The notes under the pieces: model-generated | Told to the model about the DNA's origin: nothing | What the model saw: the letters and a program-made list of their open reading frames with translations, nothing else | Databases searched by the model: none | Shown here: in pieces, positions 43,768 through 58,488 of the stretch | How positions within the stretch are numbered: position 1 is the stretch's first letter | Layout: every line of letters begins with the position of its first letter | Translations under genes and position numbers: made by a program | Assembly (NCBI GenBank): GCA_049517655.1 | Contig: JBEKRQ010000001.1 | Span: forward strand, 749,379 to 813,378 | Reading direction: 5' to 3' | DNA length: 64,000 bases | Origin: Verrucomicrobiota bacterium | GTDB lineage: Bacteria > Verrucomicrobiota > Verrucomicrobiia > Limisphaerales > UBA11358

Positions 43768-46530
43768 ATGCAGACCATGACAACAAGCCCAACTTCAAAG
43801 CGTCCAGAATCCGCCCGCGACATTTTACAGCAGACACGACAGCATCCACTTAAAGCCATTCTTGCACCCAAAACCGTCGCGGTCATCGGCGCGACGGAAA
43901 ACCCGGGCACCGTCGGACGCACGGTGTTTCAAAATCTCGGCCGCGGCGGGTTTGCAGGGACCGTTTATCCGGTCAACCCGAAGCGTCCCTCCGTGTTGGG
44001 TGTAAAGGCGTATCCTAATATCGCCTCCGTGCCGGAAAAGGTGGACCTGGCGGTTATCTGCACGCCGGCGAAAACGGCGCCGAACCTCATCCATGAGTGC
44101 GTCGAGGCAGGTGTGCCGGGTGCTGTCATTATTTCCGCCGGCTTCAAGGAAACCGGTGCGGAAGGTGCCAAGCTTGAACAACAGATTCTCGCCGAGGCGC
44201 GACGCGGCGGGATGCGCATCGTCGGCCCGAACTGCCTCGGTATCATGATGCCGGGGATCGGGTTGAACGCCACGTTCGCCGCCGCCATTGCCAAGCCGGG
44301 CAATGTCGGTTTTCTAAGCCAAAGCGGCGCGCTGTGCACCGCGGTTCTCGACTGGAGTCTGAAGGAAAACGTCGGCTTCAGCGCGTTCATCTCCATCGGC
44401 TCCATGCTGGATGTCGGCTGGGGCGATTTGATTTATTATCTTGGCGATGATCCAAACACCAAGAGCATCGTCATTTACATGGAGACCATTGGCGATGCGC
44501 GTTCGTTCCTGTCCGCAGCCCGCGAAGTGGCGCTGACCAAGCCGATCATTGTCATCAAGCCCGGTCGCACCGAAGGCGCCGCCAAGGCGGCCGCTTCTCA
44601 CACCGGTTCGCTGACCGGGAGCGACGACGTTCTTGAAGCCGCTTTCAAGCGTTGCGGCGTGCTGCGCGTGAACGACATCTCCGACCTGTTCCACCTATCG
44701 GAAGTGTTGGATCGACAACCCAGGCCCCGGGGCAACCGCATGACTATGATCACGAACGCCGGCGGCCCGGGCGTGCTGGCCACTGACGCGCTTATTACCA
44801 GTGGCGGCGCACTCGCTGAAGTTTCCAAAGACACCATTGAGGAACTGAACAAAATTCTTCCTGCAGCCTGGTCGCACAACAATCCCATTGATGTGTTGGG
44901 CGACGCCAGCGCCGAGGTTTACGCCAAAACGCTGGAAATCGCGGGACGCGATCCGAACAGCGACGGTTTGCTTGTGATTCTGACGCCGCAGGCCATGACC
45001 GATTGCACCGGCACCGCGGAAAAGCTGGCAGCGTTCGGCCACATCGAAGGCAAGCCGGTGCTCGCGAGTTGGATGGGCGGCACCGACGTCGCCGCCGGTG
45101 TGCAGATCCTCAATGCCGCGGGCATTCCGACCTTCCTGTATCCCGACACCGCCGCACGAATGTTTACTTCCATGTGGCGCTATGCGGACAACCTCCGGGC
45201 GCTCTACGAAACCCCGGTGCCATCCGCCAATCCCGCCGATCTCGAATCAGGCCGCGCCAGAGCCGGGGCTTTGATTGAATCGGTGAAAAAAGCCGGCCGC
45301 ACAATCTTCACCGAGGCCGAATCCAAGGAATTGCTTGCCTGCTATAATATTCCGACGGTGGTCACGAAGGTTGCCAGGACGGAAGTCCAAGCGGCCAAAC
45401 TGGCCAGGGAAATCGGTTTTCCAACGGTACTGAAGCTTTATTCCGAAACCATCACTCACAAGACCGACGTAGGCGGCGTGCAGTTGAACCTGAAAGACGA
45501 GGCCGAGGTCTGCAAGGCGTTCAACGCGATCAAAACCGCCTGTACCGAAAAAGCCGGCGCCAAACATTTCCAAGGCGTCACCGTCCAGAAGATGATCAAT
45601 TTGAGCGAAGGGTACGAAATCATCCTCGGCAGCAGCATTGACCCGCAATTCGGGCCGGTGCTCCTCTTCGGCATGGGCGGCCAACTCGTCGAAGTGTTCA
45701 AGGACAAAGCCCTCGCCCTGCCGCCGTTGAACACCACGCTCGCACGCCGCATGATGGAGACGACGAAAATTTATCACGCGCTCAAGGGCGTCCGCGGCCG
45801 CAAGCCTGTGGACCTCGCCGCGCTGGAAAAACTGATGGTCGGCTTCAGCCAGCTCGTCGCCGAGCAACGCTGGATCAAGGAAATTGACATTAATCCGTTG
45901 TTCGCCTCCGCCGAGGATCTCGTAGCGCTGGACGCCCGCGTCATCCTGCACGATCCGAAGACGACGGAAGACAAACTGCCCCGGCTCGCCATCCGACCGT
46001 ATCCGACGCAATACATGGCGCCGTGGAAGTTGAAAAACGGCACGGCGGTCATGATCCGCCCGATCCGGCCCGAAGACGAACCGCTGCTGGCGAAGTTTCA
46101 CGAAACACTTTCCGAAGAGAGCGTTTATCGCCGCTATTCCAACCAGATCAAACTGGACCAGCGCATCGCGCACGAGTGGCTGACGCGCATTTGCTTCAAC
46201 GATTACGACCGCGAAATCGCGCTCGTTGTCGAACGCAAGGATCCGCAAACCGGCCAATTAGAAATTCTTGGCGTAGGTCAGTTGAGCAAGGCGCGTGGTC
46301 TGAACGAAGCGGAATTCACGCTTTTGATCAGTGACCGTTGGCAGAAGCAGGGTTTCGGCACCGAGTTACTCAAGCGTCTCGTGCAAATTGGGCGCGACGA
46401 AAAGCTCGATCGCATTTTCGCGCATATCCCCCCTGACAACCACGCGATGATTCACGTGAGCAAAGAAGCCGGGTTCAAAATTGCACATGAGGCTGACAAT
46501 CACGGTTCCACCGCTGAATACATTCTTTAA
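43768..46530 (+). CDS. ADP-forming acetyl-CoA synthetase family protein fused to a GNAT acetyltransferase (Pat-like)
   Basis: CoA-binding N-terminus ([14 protein letters not shown]), succinyl-CoA-ligase-like and ATP-grasp regions, and a C-terminal GNAT motif ([16 protein letters not shown]). Confidence 0.85.
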   Translation: MQTMTTSPTSKRPESARDILQQTRQHPLKAILAPKTVAVIGATENPGTVGRTVFQNLGRGGFAGTVYPVNPKRPSVLGVKAYPNIASVPEKVDLAVICTPAKTAPNLIHECVEAGVPGAVIISAGFKETGAEGAKLEQQILAEARRGGMRIVGPNCLGIMMPGIGLNATFAAAIAKPGNVGFLSQSGALCTAVLDWSLKENVGFSAFISIGSMLDVGWGDLIYYLGDDPNTKSIVIYMETIGDARSFLSAAREVALTKPIIVIKPGRTEGAAKAAASHTGSLTGSDDVLEAAFKRCGVLRVNDISDLFHLSEVLDRQPRPRGNRMTMITNAGGPGVLATDALITSGGALAEVSKDTIEELNKILPAAWSHNNPIDVLGDASAEVYAKTLEIAGRDPNSDGLLVILTPQAMTDCTGTAEKLAAFGHIEGKPVLASWMGGTDVAAGVQILNAAGIPTFLYPDTAARMFTSMWRYADNLRALYETPVPSANPADLESGRARAGALIESVKKAGRTIFTEAESKELLACYNIPTVVTKVARTEVQAAKLAREIGFPTVLKLYSETITHKTDVGGVQLNLKDEAEVCKAFNAIKTACTEKAGAKHFQGVTVQKMINLSEGYEIILGSSIDPQFGPVLLFGMGGQLVEVFKDKALALPPLNTTLARRMMETTKIYHALKGVRGRKPVDLAALEKLMVGFSQLVAEQRWIKEIDINPLFASAEDLVALDARVILHDPKTTEDKLPRLAIRPYPTQYMAPWKLKNGTAVMIRPIRPEDEPLLAKFHETLSEESVYRRYSNQIKLDQRIAHEWLTRICFNDYDREIALVVERKDPQTGQLEILGVGQLSKARGLNEAEFTLLISDRWQKQGFGTELLKRLVQIGRDEKLDRIFAHIPPDNHAMIHVSKEAGFKIAHEADNHGSTAEYIL

Positions 46531-46534
46531 TTTT

Positions 46535-50203
<3,669 letters not shown>

Positions 50204-50225
50204 GCTGGATAGTTCCAACACCAAA

Positions 50226-50280
50226 GGTAGGGCGCGATGTCCCCATCGCGCCGCGGCGGGCTGAGACAGCCCCCCCTACC
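50226..50280. repeat. family-A element in the PFOR / DHOD-like spacer
   Basis: ggtagggcgcgatgtccccatcgcgccg...cccccctacc. The first 27 nt match the copy at 59047 with one mismatch. Confidence 0.85.
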
Positions 50281-50294
50281 AACTGAAAAAAATT

Positions 50295-51290
50295 ATGGAC
50301 CTAACAACGACTTATCTCGGTTTGAAACTGCGCACACCACTGGTGCCGTCGGCCTCGCCGCTATCGGAGGAAATTGACAGCATCAGAAACATGGAAGACG
50401 CCGGTGCGTCGGCGGTGGTGCTTTATTCCCTGTTTGAGGAGCAACTGCGCCAGGACCGTCTTGAACTGGCCCACCATCTCGAGCAAGGCACCGAAAGTTT
50501 CGCGGAGGCGCTCTCCTATTTTCCGAAATCCGAGGACTATCGCCTCGGTCCGGAGGAATACCTCAAACACATTGCCAATGCGAAGAAAGCCGTACGCATT
50601 CCCATCATCGCGAGCTTGAACGGCTCATCCGCAGGCGGCTGGACGCACTACGCGAAACTGATCCAGCAGGCGGGCGCAGACGCATTGGAATTGAACATTT
50701 ACCAAATTCCCACCGACACAAGTGTTCCGGCGGAAAAGATTGAACAAGGTTATCTTGAAATTCTGAAAGCGGTGAAATCCGAGGTCACGATTCCAGTAGC
50801 GGTGAAACTCAGCCCGTTCTTCACCAATTTTGCCCACATGGCCAAGCAACTTAACGAGGCCGGCGCGGACGGGCTGGTGCTGTTCAACCGGTTTTACCAG
50901 CCGGACATCGATCTGGATACACTTGAGGTCAAACCCAACATTTTGTTGAGCACGCCGATGGCCATGCGCCTTCCACTGCGCTGGATTGCCATCCTTTACG
51001 GTCGTCTCCAGACCAGCTTGGCGGCCACCAGTGGCATCCATCGCGCAACCGACGTTTTGAAAATGCTCATGGCCGGCGCGGACGTGACAATGCTCTGCTC
51101 CGTGCTGATCCGGAACGGCGTCCAACAAATCAGCGTCATCGAACGCGAACTCGCCACGTGGATGGAAGAGCATGAATATGAATCCGTCTCGCAACTCAAG
51201 GGCAGTTTAAGCCAGAAAAAATGCCCTGCGCCCAGCGCCTTCGAACGCGCACAATATATGCGGGCGCTTTCCAGTTATTCGGTGTCGTAA
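50295..51290 (+). CDS. dihydroorotate dehydrogenase-like TIM-barrel flavoprotein
   Basis: 331 aa, PyrD-like pattern, directly downstream of PFOR. Confidence 0.75.
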   Translation: MDLTTTYLGLKLRTPLVPSASPLSEEIDSIRNMEDAGASAVVLYSLFEEQLRQDRLELAHHLEQGTESFAEALSYFPKSEDYRLGPEEYLKHIANAKKAVRIPIIASLNGSSAGGWTHYAKLIQQAGADALELNIYQIPTDTSVPAEKIEQGYLEILKAVKSEVTIPVAVKLSPFFTNFAHMAKQLNEAGADGLVLFNRFYQPDIDLDTLEVKPNILLSTPMAMRLPLRWIAILYGRLQTSLAATSGIHRATDVLKMLMAGADVTMLCSVLIRNGVQQISVIERELATWMEEHEYESVSQLKGSLSQKKCPAPSAFERAQYMRALSSYSVS

Positions 51291-51489
51291 TCAAGTCTGC
51301 CTGGAGGAAAAACGCGGATTTTCTCAACGCAAAGACGCAGAGTGCGGAGTGAACCGCGAAGCGCAATCGCGCTGAAGGCGCGTGAAATCAGGGAATGGCG
51401 ATACGCTGTCCCTCCCGGAAATCTGTGGTTCAATTCTTTGTGTTCCTTTGCGGCAAGAGAGATTCGGAGGGACGCGTTCAAGCGCGTTT

Positions 51490-52419
51490 TTAAAAAACTT
51501 CTGCTTTCAAACCGGTCACCTGCCGCACGGTCTGGGCAATGTTGGAAAGCGTTTTCAACGGCAGATGCCCGCACTCCGCGTGGGCCATGGGGCGCGTGGC
51601 GGAATAAATCTGCACCAGCGGAATTTGCGCACCGTTGTCCTTCAGTTCCTTGAGCCGCTGCACATATTGCACGATTTCTTCCGGCGACGGTTCTTCGCCG
51701 TTGATGGCGGGGAAAAGACTTTGAATGACCACCGGACGCTGGCGGGCGAGCTGAAGAATGTTGGAGAGGATTTTTTCCAGCGACGTATTTTTCAAACGGC
51801 AAACCTTGTTCAAATACTCCTGCGTGCCGCCGTCGAGCTTTACCCAAACTTCGTCGGACTTGGTAAAATGCCTCAAACTTTCCTGGATCTGCGGATGATC
51901 CAGTCCGGTGGCGTTCGTGATCAACACAATTTTGAAAAATGGAAGTCCGCCCATCGCCCTGATATGAATCACTGCTTGCACCGCCTCGGCGAAATTCGGT
52001 GATAACGTCGGCTCCCCATCGCCGCTCAATGCCACGTGGCTCAACTGCAACAACTCATTCGGCAACGATTGATATTGCGGACGTTCGTGCAACCGGTTTT
52101 GCAGGACAAACGCCAGAGTCCTGTGCAGTTCCGTCGCCATGACGCCCGCGTCCAGTTTCATCTCCAGCGGCGGCGTGCGCCGATCCACCTCGCAGTATAA
52201 ACAGTCGAAGTTGCAGTGTTTGTCCGGGTTCATGTTCACGCCCAGCGACAGGCCGCGCGCGCGCGACGAGAGGACCGCATAAACAAAGCGGTTGTTCAGA
52301 AAATCACGGGGCCGGTCGAAAGCGGCTTCGCGCGATGGTGCGTGCCTTTTCTTTTCCGGCAGTCCGGCTGCAGTCACGGTTTTGGCATGAATCTCTCCCA
52401 TAATTCCTGTCTGGCACAT
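51490..52419 (-). CDS. radical SAM protein, function unknown
   Basis: CX3CX2C motif CNFDCLYC near the N-terminus, plus a GDGEPTL glycine-rich SAM motif. Confidence 0.75.
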   Translation of the reverse strand: MCQTGIMGEIHAKTVTAAGLPEKKRHAPSREAAFDRPRDFLNNRFVYAVLSSRARGLSLGVNMNPDKHCNFDCLYCEVDRRTPPLEMKLDAGVMATELHRTLAFVLQNRLHERPQYQSLPNELLQLSHVALSGDGEPTLSPNFAEAVQAVIHIRAMGGLPFFKIVLITNATGLDHPQIQESLRHFTKSDEVWVKLDGGTQEYLNKVCRLKNTSLEKILSNILQLARQRPVVIQSLFPAINGEEPSPEEIVQYVQRLKELKDNGAQIPLVQIYSATRPMAHAECGHLPLKTLSNIAQTVRQVTGLKAEVF

Positions 52420-52698
52420 TAAACGCGCACCGACGAGGGAGCTACACGGTTATTGCCAAAAATTCGACATGCCTTGCAGGCGCAAAAGCAAGATTTCACA
52501 GGGCGATTCAACATCGCGAACCACAACCGTCCCGTTTCGTAAATTTTGGCAAAGTAGAGACATCTTTTGGAAAAATCGCTCATCAATTGTTGGATAAAGA
52601 AACAATTTGTTATAAGCTGCGGGCGCATGGGTAAAAAAAATGACCGGGTGTCCTGGATTAAAGGCGGCAATGCGCTTTGCTCAAATCCACCGCGCACA

Positions 52699-53382
52699 AT
52701 GCCGGATCGAGTCTGGCGACTGGTGCTTTTGGGCGCACCGGGCGTCGGCAAGGGAACGCAGGCGAAATTGCTGCATGAACGATTGGGCGCCTGTCACCTT
52801 TCCACTGGCGACATCTTTCGCGCGGCCAAAATCTTGTCAGACCGTGAAAGAAGCCCCGCGTTAAATGACGCGTTGGAATACATGCGGCTCGGCAAGCTCG
52901 TGCCGGACGAAACCGTGCTGGACATGGTACGCGAGCGTTTGCATTGCTTGCATTGCGCCAACGGTTTCCTGCTCGACGGCTTTCCGCGCACCGTCGCCCA
53001 AGCCGAAGCTTTGGAGAAAATTCTGCGGGAGGAAAAACTGCCGTTGACTGCGGTGCTTAATTACGAGTTGCCGCTCGAAACAATTCTGTCACGGCTCGGT
53101 GGACGGCGTACTTGCTCTGGCTGCAAGGCGGTCTTTCACATCGTCAATATGCCGCCGCGAGTTGAAGGTGTTTGTGATTCTTGCGGCGCCAAACTTATCC
53201 TGCGCGAAGATGACCGCCCGGAATCGATCCGTGTGCGAATGGAAGCTTATGAAAAAAGCACCCGGCCGCTGATCGAATTCTACCAAAAACGCGGTGTGCT
53301 GGTTTCAATCACTGCGAAAGGCTCACCGGAAGAAATTTACCGGAGCACGATGAGCAAACTCGATGGTGTCATCGCAGCCTGA
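52699..53382 (+). CDS. adk: adenylate kinase (zinc-lid type)
   Basis: P-loop GAPGVGKGTQ and LID cysteines CSGC ... CDSC. Start moved to MPDRVWRLVLLG. Confidence 0.9.
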   Translation: MPDRVWRLVLLGAPGVGKGTQAKLLHERLGACHLSTGDIFRAAKILSDRERSPALNDALEYMRLGKLVPDETVLDMVRERLHCLHCANGFLLDGFPRTVAQAEALEKILREEKLPLTAVLNYELPLETILSRLGGRRTCSGCKAVFHIVNMPPRVEGVCDSCGAKLILREDDRPESIRVRMEAYEKSTRPLIEFYQKRGVLVSITAKGSPEEIYRSTMSKLDGVIAA

Positions 53383-53388
53383 CTTGAA

Positions 53389-54453
53389 TCAACAAATCCG
53401 CGGCAGTTGCTCGCCGCTTGGCATGTCGAGGATCCGGTTCACGCCAATCGTGCTTTTTAACGTGACCAGCGGCGAAGCGCTCTCAATGACTTTGCCGATG
53501 GCCGCCACGCCCGCACCTGTCGCGTAGCCGTGCATGATTTGCAATGCGCGCTCCGCGTCCTTTTCCGCGACAAACACGATGAATCGTCCTTCGCACGCAA
53601 CGTGCAACGGGTCGAGTCCCAGCATCTCGCAGGCGGCATGAACGTCTTCGCGCACCGGCACGGCTTTTTCCTCAACGTCAATTTGCAGGTGCGCCGCTTC
53701 GGCAATTTCGTTGAGCGCGCTGGCCAGGCCGCCGCGCGTGAGGTCGCGCAGACAATGAATTTCAATCCCGACTTTAAGCAACTGCAAAACAATTTCGTGA
53801 ACGGGCGCGGAATCACTTTCAATGGCGCTTTCAAATTGCAATCCCTCGCGCATGGCCATGATTGCCATGCCGTGGCGGCCCAAATCGCCATTGACCAAAA
53901 TCACATCGCCGGGTTGCACATTTTGCGGCGCGATTTTTTGGTCATGCTCGATGACGCCGATGCCAGCGGTGTTGATGAACAAACCATCGCCCTTGCCTTT
54001 ATCCACCACTTTCGTATCGCCGGTGATGATCTGCACGCCGCAGCGTTGCGCCGCGTCGCGCATCGAGCAAACAATTTTCCAAAGCGTTTCCATTGGCAGC
54101 CCTTCTTCCAAAATGAACGCCGCACTTAAATAAAGCGGACGCGCGCCGGCCATGGCCAGATCATTGACTGTGCCATGCACGGCCATTGAACCGATGTCTC
54201 CGCCGGGGAAAAATAATGGCCGAACGACATAGGAATCTGTCGTGAATGCGATTCGTTTTCCGGTTAATTCAACGACTGCCGCGTCGTGTTGCGTCTCCAG
54301 AATGGGATTGTGAAACGCAGTCAGAAACATTTTGCCGATGAGCTGGTGCATCAGCCTGCCGCCACCGCCATGCGCGAGCAGGACATGCGGGTATTGCTGA
54401 ATTGGAATGGGGCAAACCGGCGTGAAATCTTTGGCGGAATTTTTCCTGCTCAT
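53389..54453 (-). CDS. hypE: hydrogenase maturation protein HypE
   Basis: PurM-like fold pattern and the C-terminal PRIC signature. Start moved to MSRKNSAKD, overlapping the hypD stop. Confidence 0.9.
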   Translation of the reverse strand: MSRKNSAKDFTPVCPIPIQQYPHVLLAHGGGGRLMHQLIGKMFLTAFHNPILETQHDAAVVELTGKRIAFTTDSYVVRPLFFPGGDIGSMAVHGTVNDLAMAGARPLYLSAAFILEEGLPMETLWKIVCSMRDAAQRCGVQIITGDTKVVDKGKGDGLFINTAGIGVIEHDQKIAPQNVQPGDVILVNGDLGRHGMAIMAMREGLQFESAIESDSAPVHEIVLQLLKVGIEIHCLRDLTRGGLASALNEIAEAAHLQIDVEEKAVPVREDVHAACEMLGLDPLHVACEGRFIVFVAEKDAERALQIMHGYATGAGVAAIGKVIESASPLVTLKSTIGVNRILDMPSGEQLPRIC

Positions 54454-55562
54454 ATTGTTTTGCCGGTTTCTGCGGGCACATGCCGGCGATAACGGTAATA
54501 CGCGGCGCACGTCCCTTCGGATGAAACCATCGTCGCACCAAGCGGATGCTCCGGCGTGCAACGTGTGCCGAACATCGGACATTCGTGCGGTTTGATTTTT
54601 CCCTGCAAAACGAGGCCGCTGAGACATTCGGCGGGTTCGTCAACATGACGGTCGGCCAGGCCGAATTTCTTCTCGGCGTCAAACGCGGCATAGGTGTCGT
54701 TCAAACCGAGGCCGCTTTGCGGAATTTCCCCGACACCGCGCCATTTGCGGGGCACGACCTTGAAAACCTTGTGAATCAACTCCTGCGCCGGCTGGTTGCC
54801 TTCGCGGCGCACGGAACGAACGTATTGGTTTTCGACCTCGGCGCGGCCGGATTCGAGTTGCTGCACGACCATCAGCACGCCCTGCAAAATATCGAGCGGC
54901 TCGAAGCCGGTGACGACAATCGGCACGCGATATTTCGCCGCAATGGGGAAATATTCTTCATAACCCATGACGGTGCAAACGTGACCGGCGGCGAGAAAAC
55001 CCTGCACGCGGCAGTTCGGCGACGACAGCAACGCCTTCATCGCGGGCGGCACGAGCACGTGCGAAATGAGCATGGAAAAATTATTCAATCTCTTGTGCGC
55101 GGCCTGGTAAATGGCCATTGCTGTTGCGGGCGCCGTCGTCTCAAACCCGACACCGAAGAAAACGACTTCTTTCTTCGGATTTTCCTGCGCGAGTTTCATC
55201 GCGTCGAGCGGCGAGTAAACAATGCGCACATCGCCGCCTCTGGCTTTGACGCTGAGCAAATCCGTCGTGCTGCCGGGTACGCGCAACATGTCGCCGAATG
55301 AGGTGAAAATGACGTCTGGCCGGGCGGCGATTTCGAGCGCCTTGTCGATGATTTCCAGCGGCGTGACGCAGACCGGACAACCCGGTCCGTGGATGAGCGT
55401 GATTTGTTTGGGCAACAGTTCATCAATGCCGAACTTCACGATGGCGTGCGTCTGGCCGCCGCAAACTTCCATGATGTTCCAGGAACGGGTTGTGATGCGG
55501 TGAATCTCCCGCGCGAATTGCCGCGCGGGTTCCGCGTCACGATATTCATCAAGATATTTCAT
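54450..55562 (-). CDS. hypD: hydrogenase maturation protein HypD
   Basis: Motifs [10 protein letters not shown] and [10 protein letters not shown]; 370 aa. Confidence 0.95.
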   Translation of the reverse strand: MKYLDEYRDAEPARQFAREIHRITTRSWNIMEVCGGQTHAIVKFGIDELLPKQITLIHGPGCPVCVTPLEIIDKALEIAARPDVIFTSFGDMLRVPGSTTDLLSVKARGGDVRIVYSPLDAMKLAQENPKKEVVFFGVGFETTAPATAMAIYQAAHKRLNNFSMLISHVLVPPAMKALLSSPNCRVQGFLAAGHVCTVMGYEEYFPIAAKYRVPIVVTGFEPLDILQGVLMVVQQLESGRAEVENQYVRSVRREGNQPAQELIHKVFKVVPRKWRGVGEIPQSGLGLNDTYAAFDAEKKFGLADRHVDEPAECLSGLVLQGKIKPHECPMFGTRCTPEHPLGATMVSSEGTCAAYYRYRRHVPAETGKTI

Positions 55563-55571
55563 GGTTTATTT

Positions 55572-55646
55572 GGTGGGGCGAGGCTACTGACGAGCCGTCT
55601 CCGCTTCGCCGCGCTAAGGTCGGCTCGCGAGGACGCTCGCCCCACC
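55572..55646. repeat. family-A variant in the hypC-hypD spacer
   Basis: ggtggggcgag...ctcgccccacc terminal inverted repeats. Confidence 0.85.
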
Positions 55647-55657
55647 GGTTCAAATTG

Positions 55658-55936
55658 TCAGCCGCTTTGTGTAGGAGGAACGCCTGCACCAGTTGTTCCC
55701 AGTTCGCCGAGTTCCTCCATCTCTTTCAAATAATCGAAGACCTTGTGCGCTTCGTCTTCGTCAAGCCGGCTGAGGGCAAAGCCGACGTGGACGATGACGT
55801 AGTCGCCCACTTTCACCTCCGGCACATAGGCCAGACTGACTTCCTTGAGGATGCCGCCAAAGTTGACCTTGCCAATCCGCAACAACGAATCGTTGCCGCT
55901 GATGCTTTCAATTTTTCCTGGGATTGCGAGACACAT
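55658..55936 (-). CDS. hypC: hydrogenase maturation chaperone HypC
   Basis: N-terminal MCLAIPGKI (essential Cys2). 92 aa with a C-terminal extension. Confidence 0.9.
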   Translation of the reverse strand: MCLAIPGKIESISGNDSLLRIGKVNFGGILKEVSLAYVPEVKVGDYVIVHVGFALSRLDEDEAHKVFDYLKEMEELGELGTTGAGVPPTQSG

Positions 55937-55947
55937 TGTCCCCTACT

Positions 55948-58488
55948 TTACTCCTTCCTCCGCAAGGCAGCAACGACTTGTCCCAGTGCAATCCCGCCGT
56001 CGTTCGGCGGCACGCGCTGATGCCAATAGGGTCGAAAACCCTCCGCCAGCAAACGCCGCACCGCGCGCTCCGTCAAATAACGATTCTGAAAACAACCACC
56101 GGAAAGCACAACCCGGTTTTGGCCGACGCGTTTTGCAATGGCGATAATGGCCTCGACCAATGCGTTGTGAAATTTTGCGGAAATTTTGCCGACCGAAACA
56201 CCACGCTTAACATCCGCCAAAATGGCTTCAATCATCGGCGACCAATCCAAAATAATTGCGGATTGCGGACCCCGGCTTTGCCGGAGGCTTCGCCGAGGCG
56301 AGTTGTGGATTGCGAATTGGCTGCTAATCCGCAATTCATAAGCTTCCTCGGTTTCAACGCCCTCCAGCGCGAATTCCAGTTCCATCGCCGCCTGACCTTC
56401 AAATCGGATGTGCTGACGAAGATTGGTGAGTGAAGCGACGGCGTCGAAAAGCCGGCCCACACTGGAACAAAGCGGCGAATTCAATTTTTTGGCCAGCATT
56501 GTTTTCAGCGTGGTCATTTCTGCTGCCGAAAAAGCGGTGATTGTTGCCAGTTTTTCCTGTTTAAAAACTTTGTCGCCGGAAATTTCGTAAAGCAGTCCGA
56601 GCGCGGTTCGGCGCGGTTCCTTCACGGCCTTGTCGCCGCCCGGCAGATGGAACGGACGCAAATGCGCGACGCGTTCGATGTTGTTATCGGTGACGATAAA
56701 AAATTCGCCGCCCCAAATCGTGCCGTCCAAACCGTAACCTGTTCCGTCCCACGACACGCCGAGCATGGGCGGCGCGATTTCATTTTCGGCCATGCAGGAC
56801 AGGACGTGGGCGATGTGATGCTGGACGCCGACGTGGCACACTGTGGTGGGGTGCGATGCTCGCCTGGGCGAAGCCTCGCGAAGACCGGTCCCTATCGCGT
56901 CGTCGGCGGGCTGCGGAGAGCCCGCCCTACCTGTCATTTCATTGGCATACTTTGTCGAGAGATAATCCGGATGCAAATCGGCGGCAATGATTTGCGGCTC
57001 GGCCTCGTAAAGCTTTTCGAAATCCGCGATGACATGGCGGAAGGCGGCGTGCGCCTGTTCGGTTTCCAAATCACCGATGTGCTGGCTGATGAAAACCTGA
57101 TTACCGACAGAAAGCGCCACGGTGTTTTTTAAATGAGCGCCAACGGCCAATACAATTGCGGATTGCGGATTGCGGATTGCGGATTTCAGAGTTTTGGTGG
57201 GGCGAGCGTCCCCGCGAGCCGCATTCCGCATTCTGCATTCCACATTCTGCATTTGAATGGGCAGCGGTGCATAACCGCGGGCGCGGCGCAAAACCAATTC
57301 GCGGTCGAGCATCACGCGCACAACCGAATCGTCCACATGCCGGACAATGGGGCGGTTGTGGACCAAAAATAAATCCGCGATGCCGCCGAGACGCTCCAAG
57401 GCTTCATGTTCATCCGTGCAAATCGGCTCATCACTCAGGTTGCCGCTTGTGGCGATGACAGGAAAACCGAGTTCGGTCATCAACAGATGATGCAACGGCG
57501 TGTAAGGCAGCATCACGCCGAGATTAGGATTGCCGGGAGCCACCGAATTTACGATTTGCGATTTGCGATTTGCGATTTTCTTGAGCAGGACGATGGGTGC
57601 TTCGGATGAGTGCAACAGTCGCTTTTCCAAAGGCGAGACTTTGCATTCCACCTTGATGACCTTCAATGAAGGAAACATCAGCGCGAACGGTCTTTCTTCG
57701 CGATGTTTCCGCTCGCGTAAAAGTCGAACTGCTTTGTCGTTGCGGGTATCCGTCATCAGGTGAAACCCGCCGAGTCCCTTGACTGCGACGATTTGTCCCT
57801 GTCGGATGGCTTCGGCAGCAGCGAGCAAAGCGTCGGCATTCTGGAGTGCGCGGACATGTCCGCGCTTTGAAAGCGGCGACACGTCGCCGCATTCCCACAA
57901 TTCCAAATGCGGGCCGCAGACCGGACACGCATTTGGCTGCGCGTGAAAACGGCGGTCGCGCGGGTCATCGTATTCAGCCTGACATTGCGGACACATCGTG
58001 AACTTGCGCATCGAAGTGTTCGCGCGGTCGTAAGGCAGGGATTCAATGATGCTGAAGCGCGGGCCGCAATGGGTGCAATTGGTGAATGGATAACGGTAAC
58101 GACGATTGGCAGGATCAAAAACTTCGTGTAGACAATCCGGACAAGCGGCAATGTCCGGCAAAATCAGCGCGGTTTTGCCGCCGCCGGTTTGACTTTCGCG
58201 GATTTCAAATTTCTTGTAACCGGCGGCGTCAAGCCACGAGCTTTCGAGGCTTTGGATGAAACTGCGCGGCGGTTTCTCGGTGTCGAGACGGAGAAAAAAT
58301 TGTTCGAGCGCGGCGCGCGGACCTTCAACTTCGATGAAAACGCCTTGCGAAGAATTATTGACCCATCCGGAAAGGTGGAGTTCGGCGGCGAGGCGGAAGA
58401 CGAACGGGCGAAAGCCGACGCCCTGCACCGCGCCGCGAACGGAAAGTTTCAGGCGCGTGCATCGGCTGGTTTGGCTGGCTTTGTTCAC
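55948..58488 (-). CDS. hypF: carbamoyltransferase HypF
   Basis: Acylphosphatase domain (VRGAVQGVGFRPFV), two zinc-finger pairs (CPDC..CTHCGPR, CPQC..CPVCGP), and YrdC and Kae1-like domains. 846 aa, including about 100 aa of repeat-derived inserts. Confidence 0.95.
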   Translation of the reverse strand: MNKASQTSRCTRLKLSVRGAVQGVGFRPFVFRLAAELHLSGWVNNSSQGVFIEVEGPRAALEQFFLRLDTEKPPRSFIQSLESSWLDAAGYKKFEIRESQTGGGKTALILPDIAACPDCLHEVFDPANRRYRYPFTNCTHCGPRFSIIESLPYDRANTSMRKFTMCPQCQAEYDDPRDRRFHAQPNACPVCGPHLELWECGDVSPLSKRGHVRALQNADALLAAAEAIRQGQIVAVKGLGGFHLMTDTRNDKAVRLLRERKHREERPFALMFPSLKVIKVECKVSPLEKRLLHSSEAPIVLLKKIANRKSQIVNSVAPGNPNLGVMLPYTPLHHLLMTELGFPVIATSGNLSDEPICTDEHEALERLGGIADLFLVHNRPIVRHVDDSVVRVMLDRELVLRRARGYAPLPIQMQNVECRMRNAARGDARPTKTLKSAIRNPQSAIVLAVGAHLKNTVALSVGNQVFISQHIGDLETEQAHAAFRHVIADFEKLYEAEPQIIAADLHPDYLSTKYANEMTGRAGSPQPADDAIGTGLREASPRRASHPTTVCHVGVQHHIAHVLSCMAENEIAPPMLGVSWDGTGYGLDGTIWGGEFFIVTDNNIERVAHLRPFHLPGGDKAVKEPRRTALGLLYEISGDKVFKQEKLATITAFSAAEMTTLKTMLAKKLNSPLCSSVGRLFDAVASLTNLRQHIRFEGQAAMELEFALEGVETEEAYELRISSQFAIHNSPRRSLRQSRGPQSAIILDWSPMIEAILADVKRGVSVGKISAKFHNALVEAIIAIAKRVGQNRVVLSGGCFQNRYLTERAVRRLLAEGFRPYWHQRVPPNDGGIALGQVVAALRRKE
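56254..56336. repeat. ATTGCGG-type inverted-repeat element inside hypF
   Basis: aattgcggatt (56254-56264) pairs with aatccgcaatt (56326-56336). The core shares ctcgcctNggcgaagcctc with 56858-56878. Encodes ...SSQFAIHNSPRRSLRQSRGPQSAII.... Confidence 0.85.
56845..56931. repeat. family-A element, 87 bp, in frame inside hypF
   Basis: ggtggggtg...cccgccctacc. The reverse complement starts with the same 28 nt as the glnS copy. Encodes [29 protein letters not shown]. Confidence 0.9.
57154..57187. repeat. heptamer array ATTGCGG x4 inside hypF
   Basis: attgcgg units at 57155, 57162, 57169 and 57176. Confidence 0.9.
57196..57220. repeat. family-A half element inside hypF
   Basis: ggtggggcgagcgtccccgcgagcc, matching the left ends of 13434 and 55572. 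Confidence 0.75.
57221..57255. repeat. heptamer array GCATTCY x5 inside hypF
   Basis: gcattcc gcattct gcattcc acattct gcatttg. Confidence 0.85.
57553..57580. repeat. heptamer array GATTTGC x4 inside hypF
   Basis: gatttgc x3 plus gattttc. Encodes KIANRKSQIV. Confidence 0.9.

Noticed and set aside
45247-46257. 336-aa minus-strand ORF
   Set aside because: Antisense to the acetyl-CoA synthetase/GNAT gene; a shadow ORF.
53389-58488. Absence of hypA/hypB as evidence for an incomplete maturation pathway
   Set aside because: The window ends inside hoxF and the rest of the genome is unseen. The genes may lie elsewhere.
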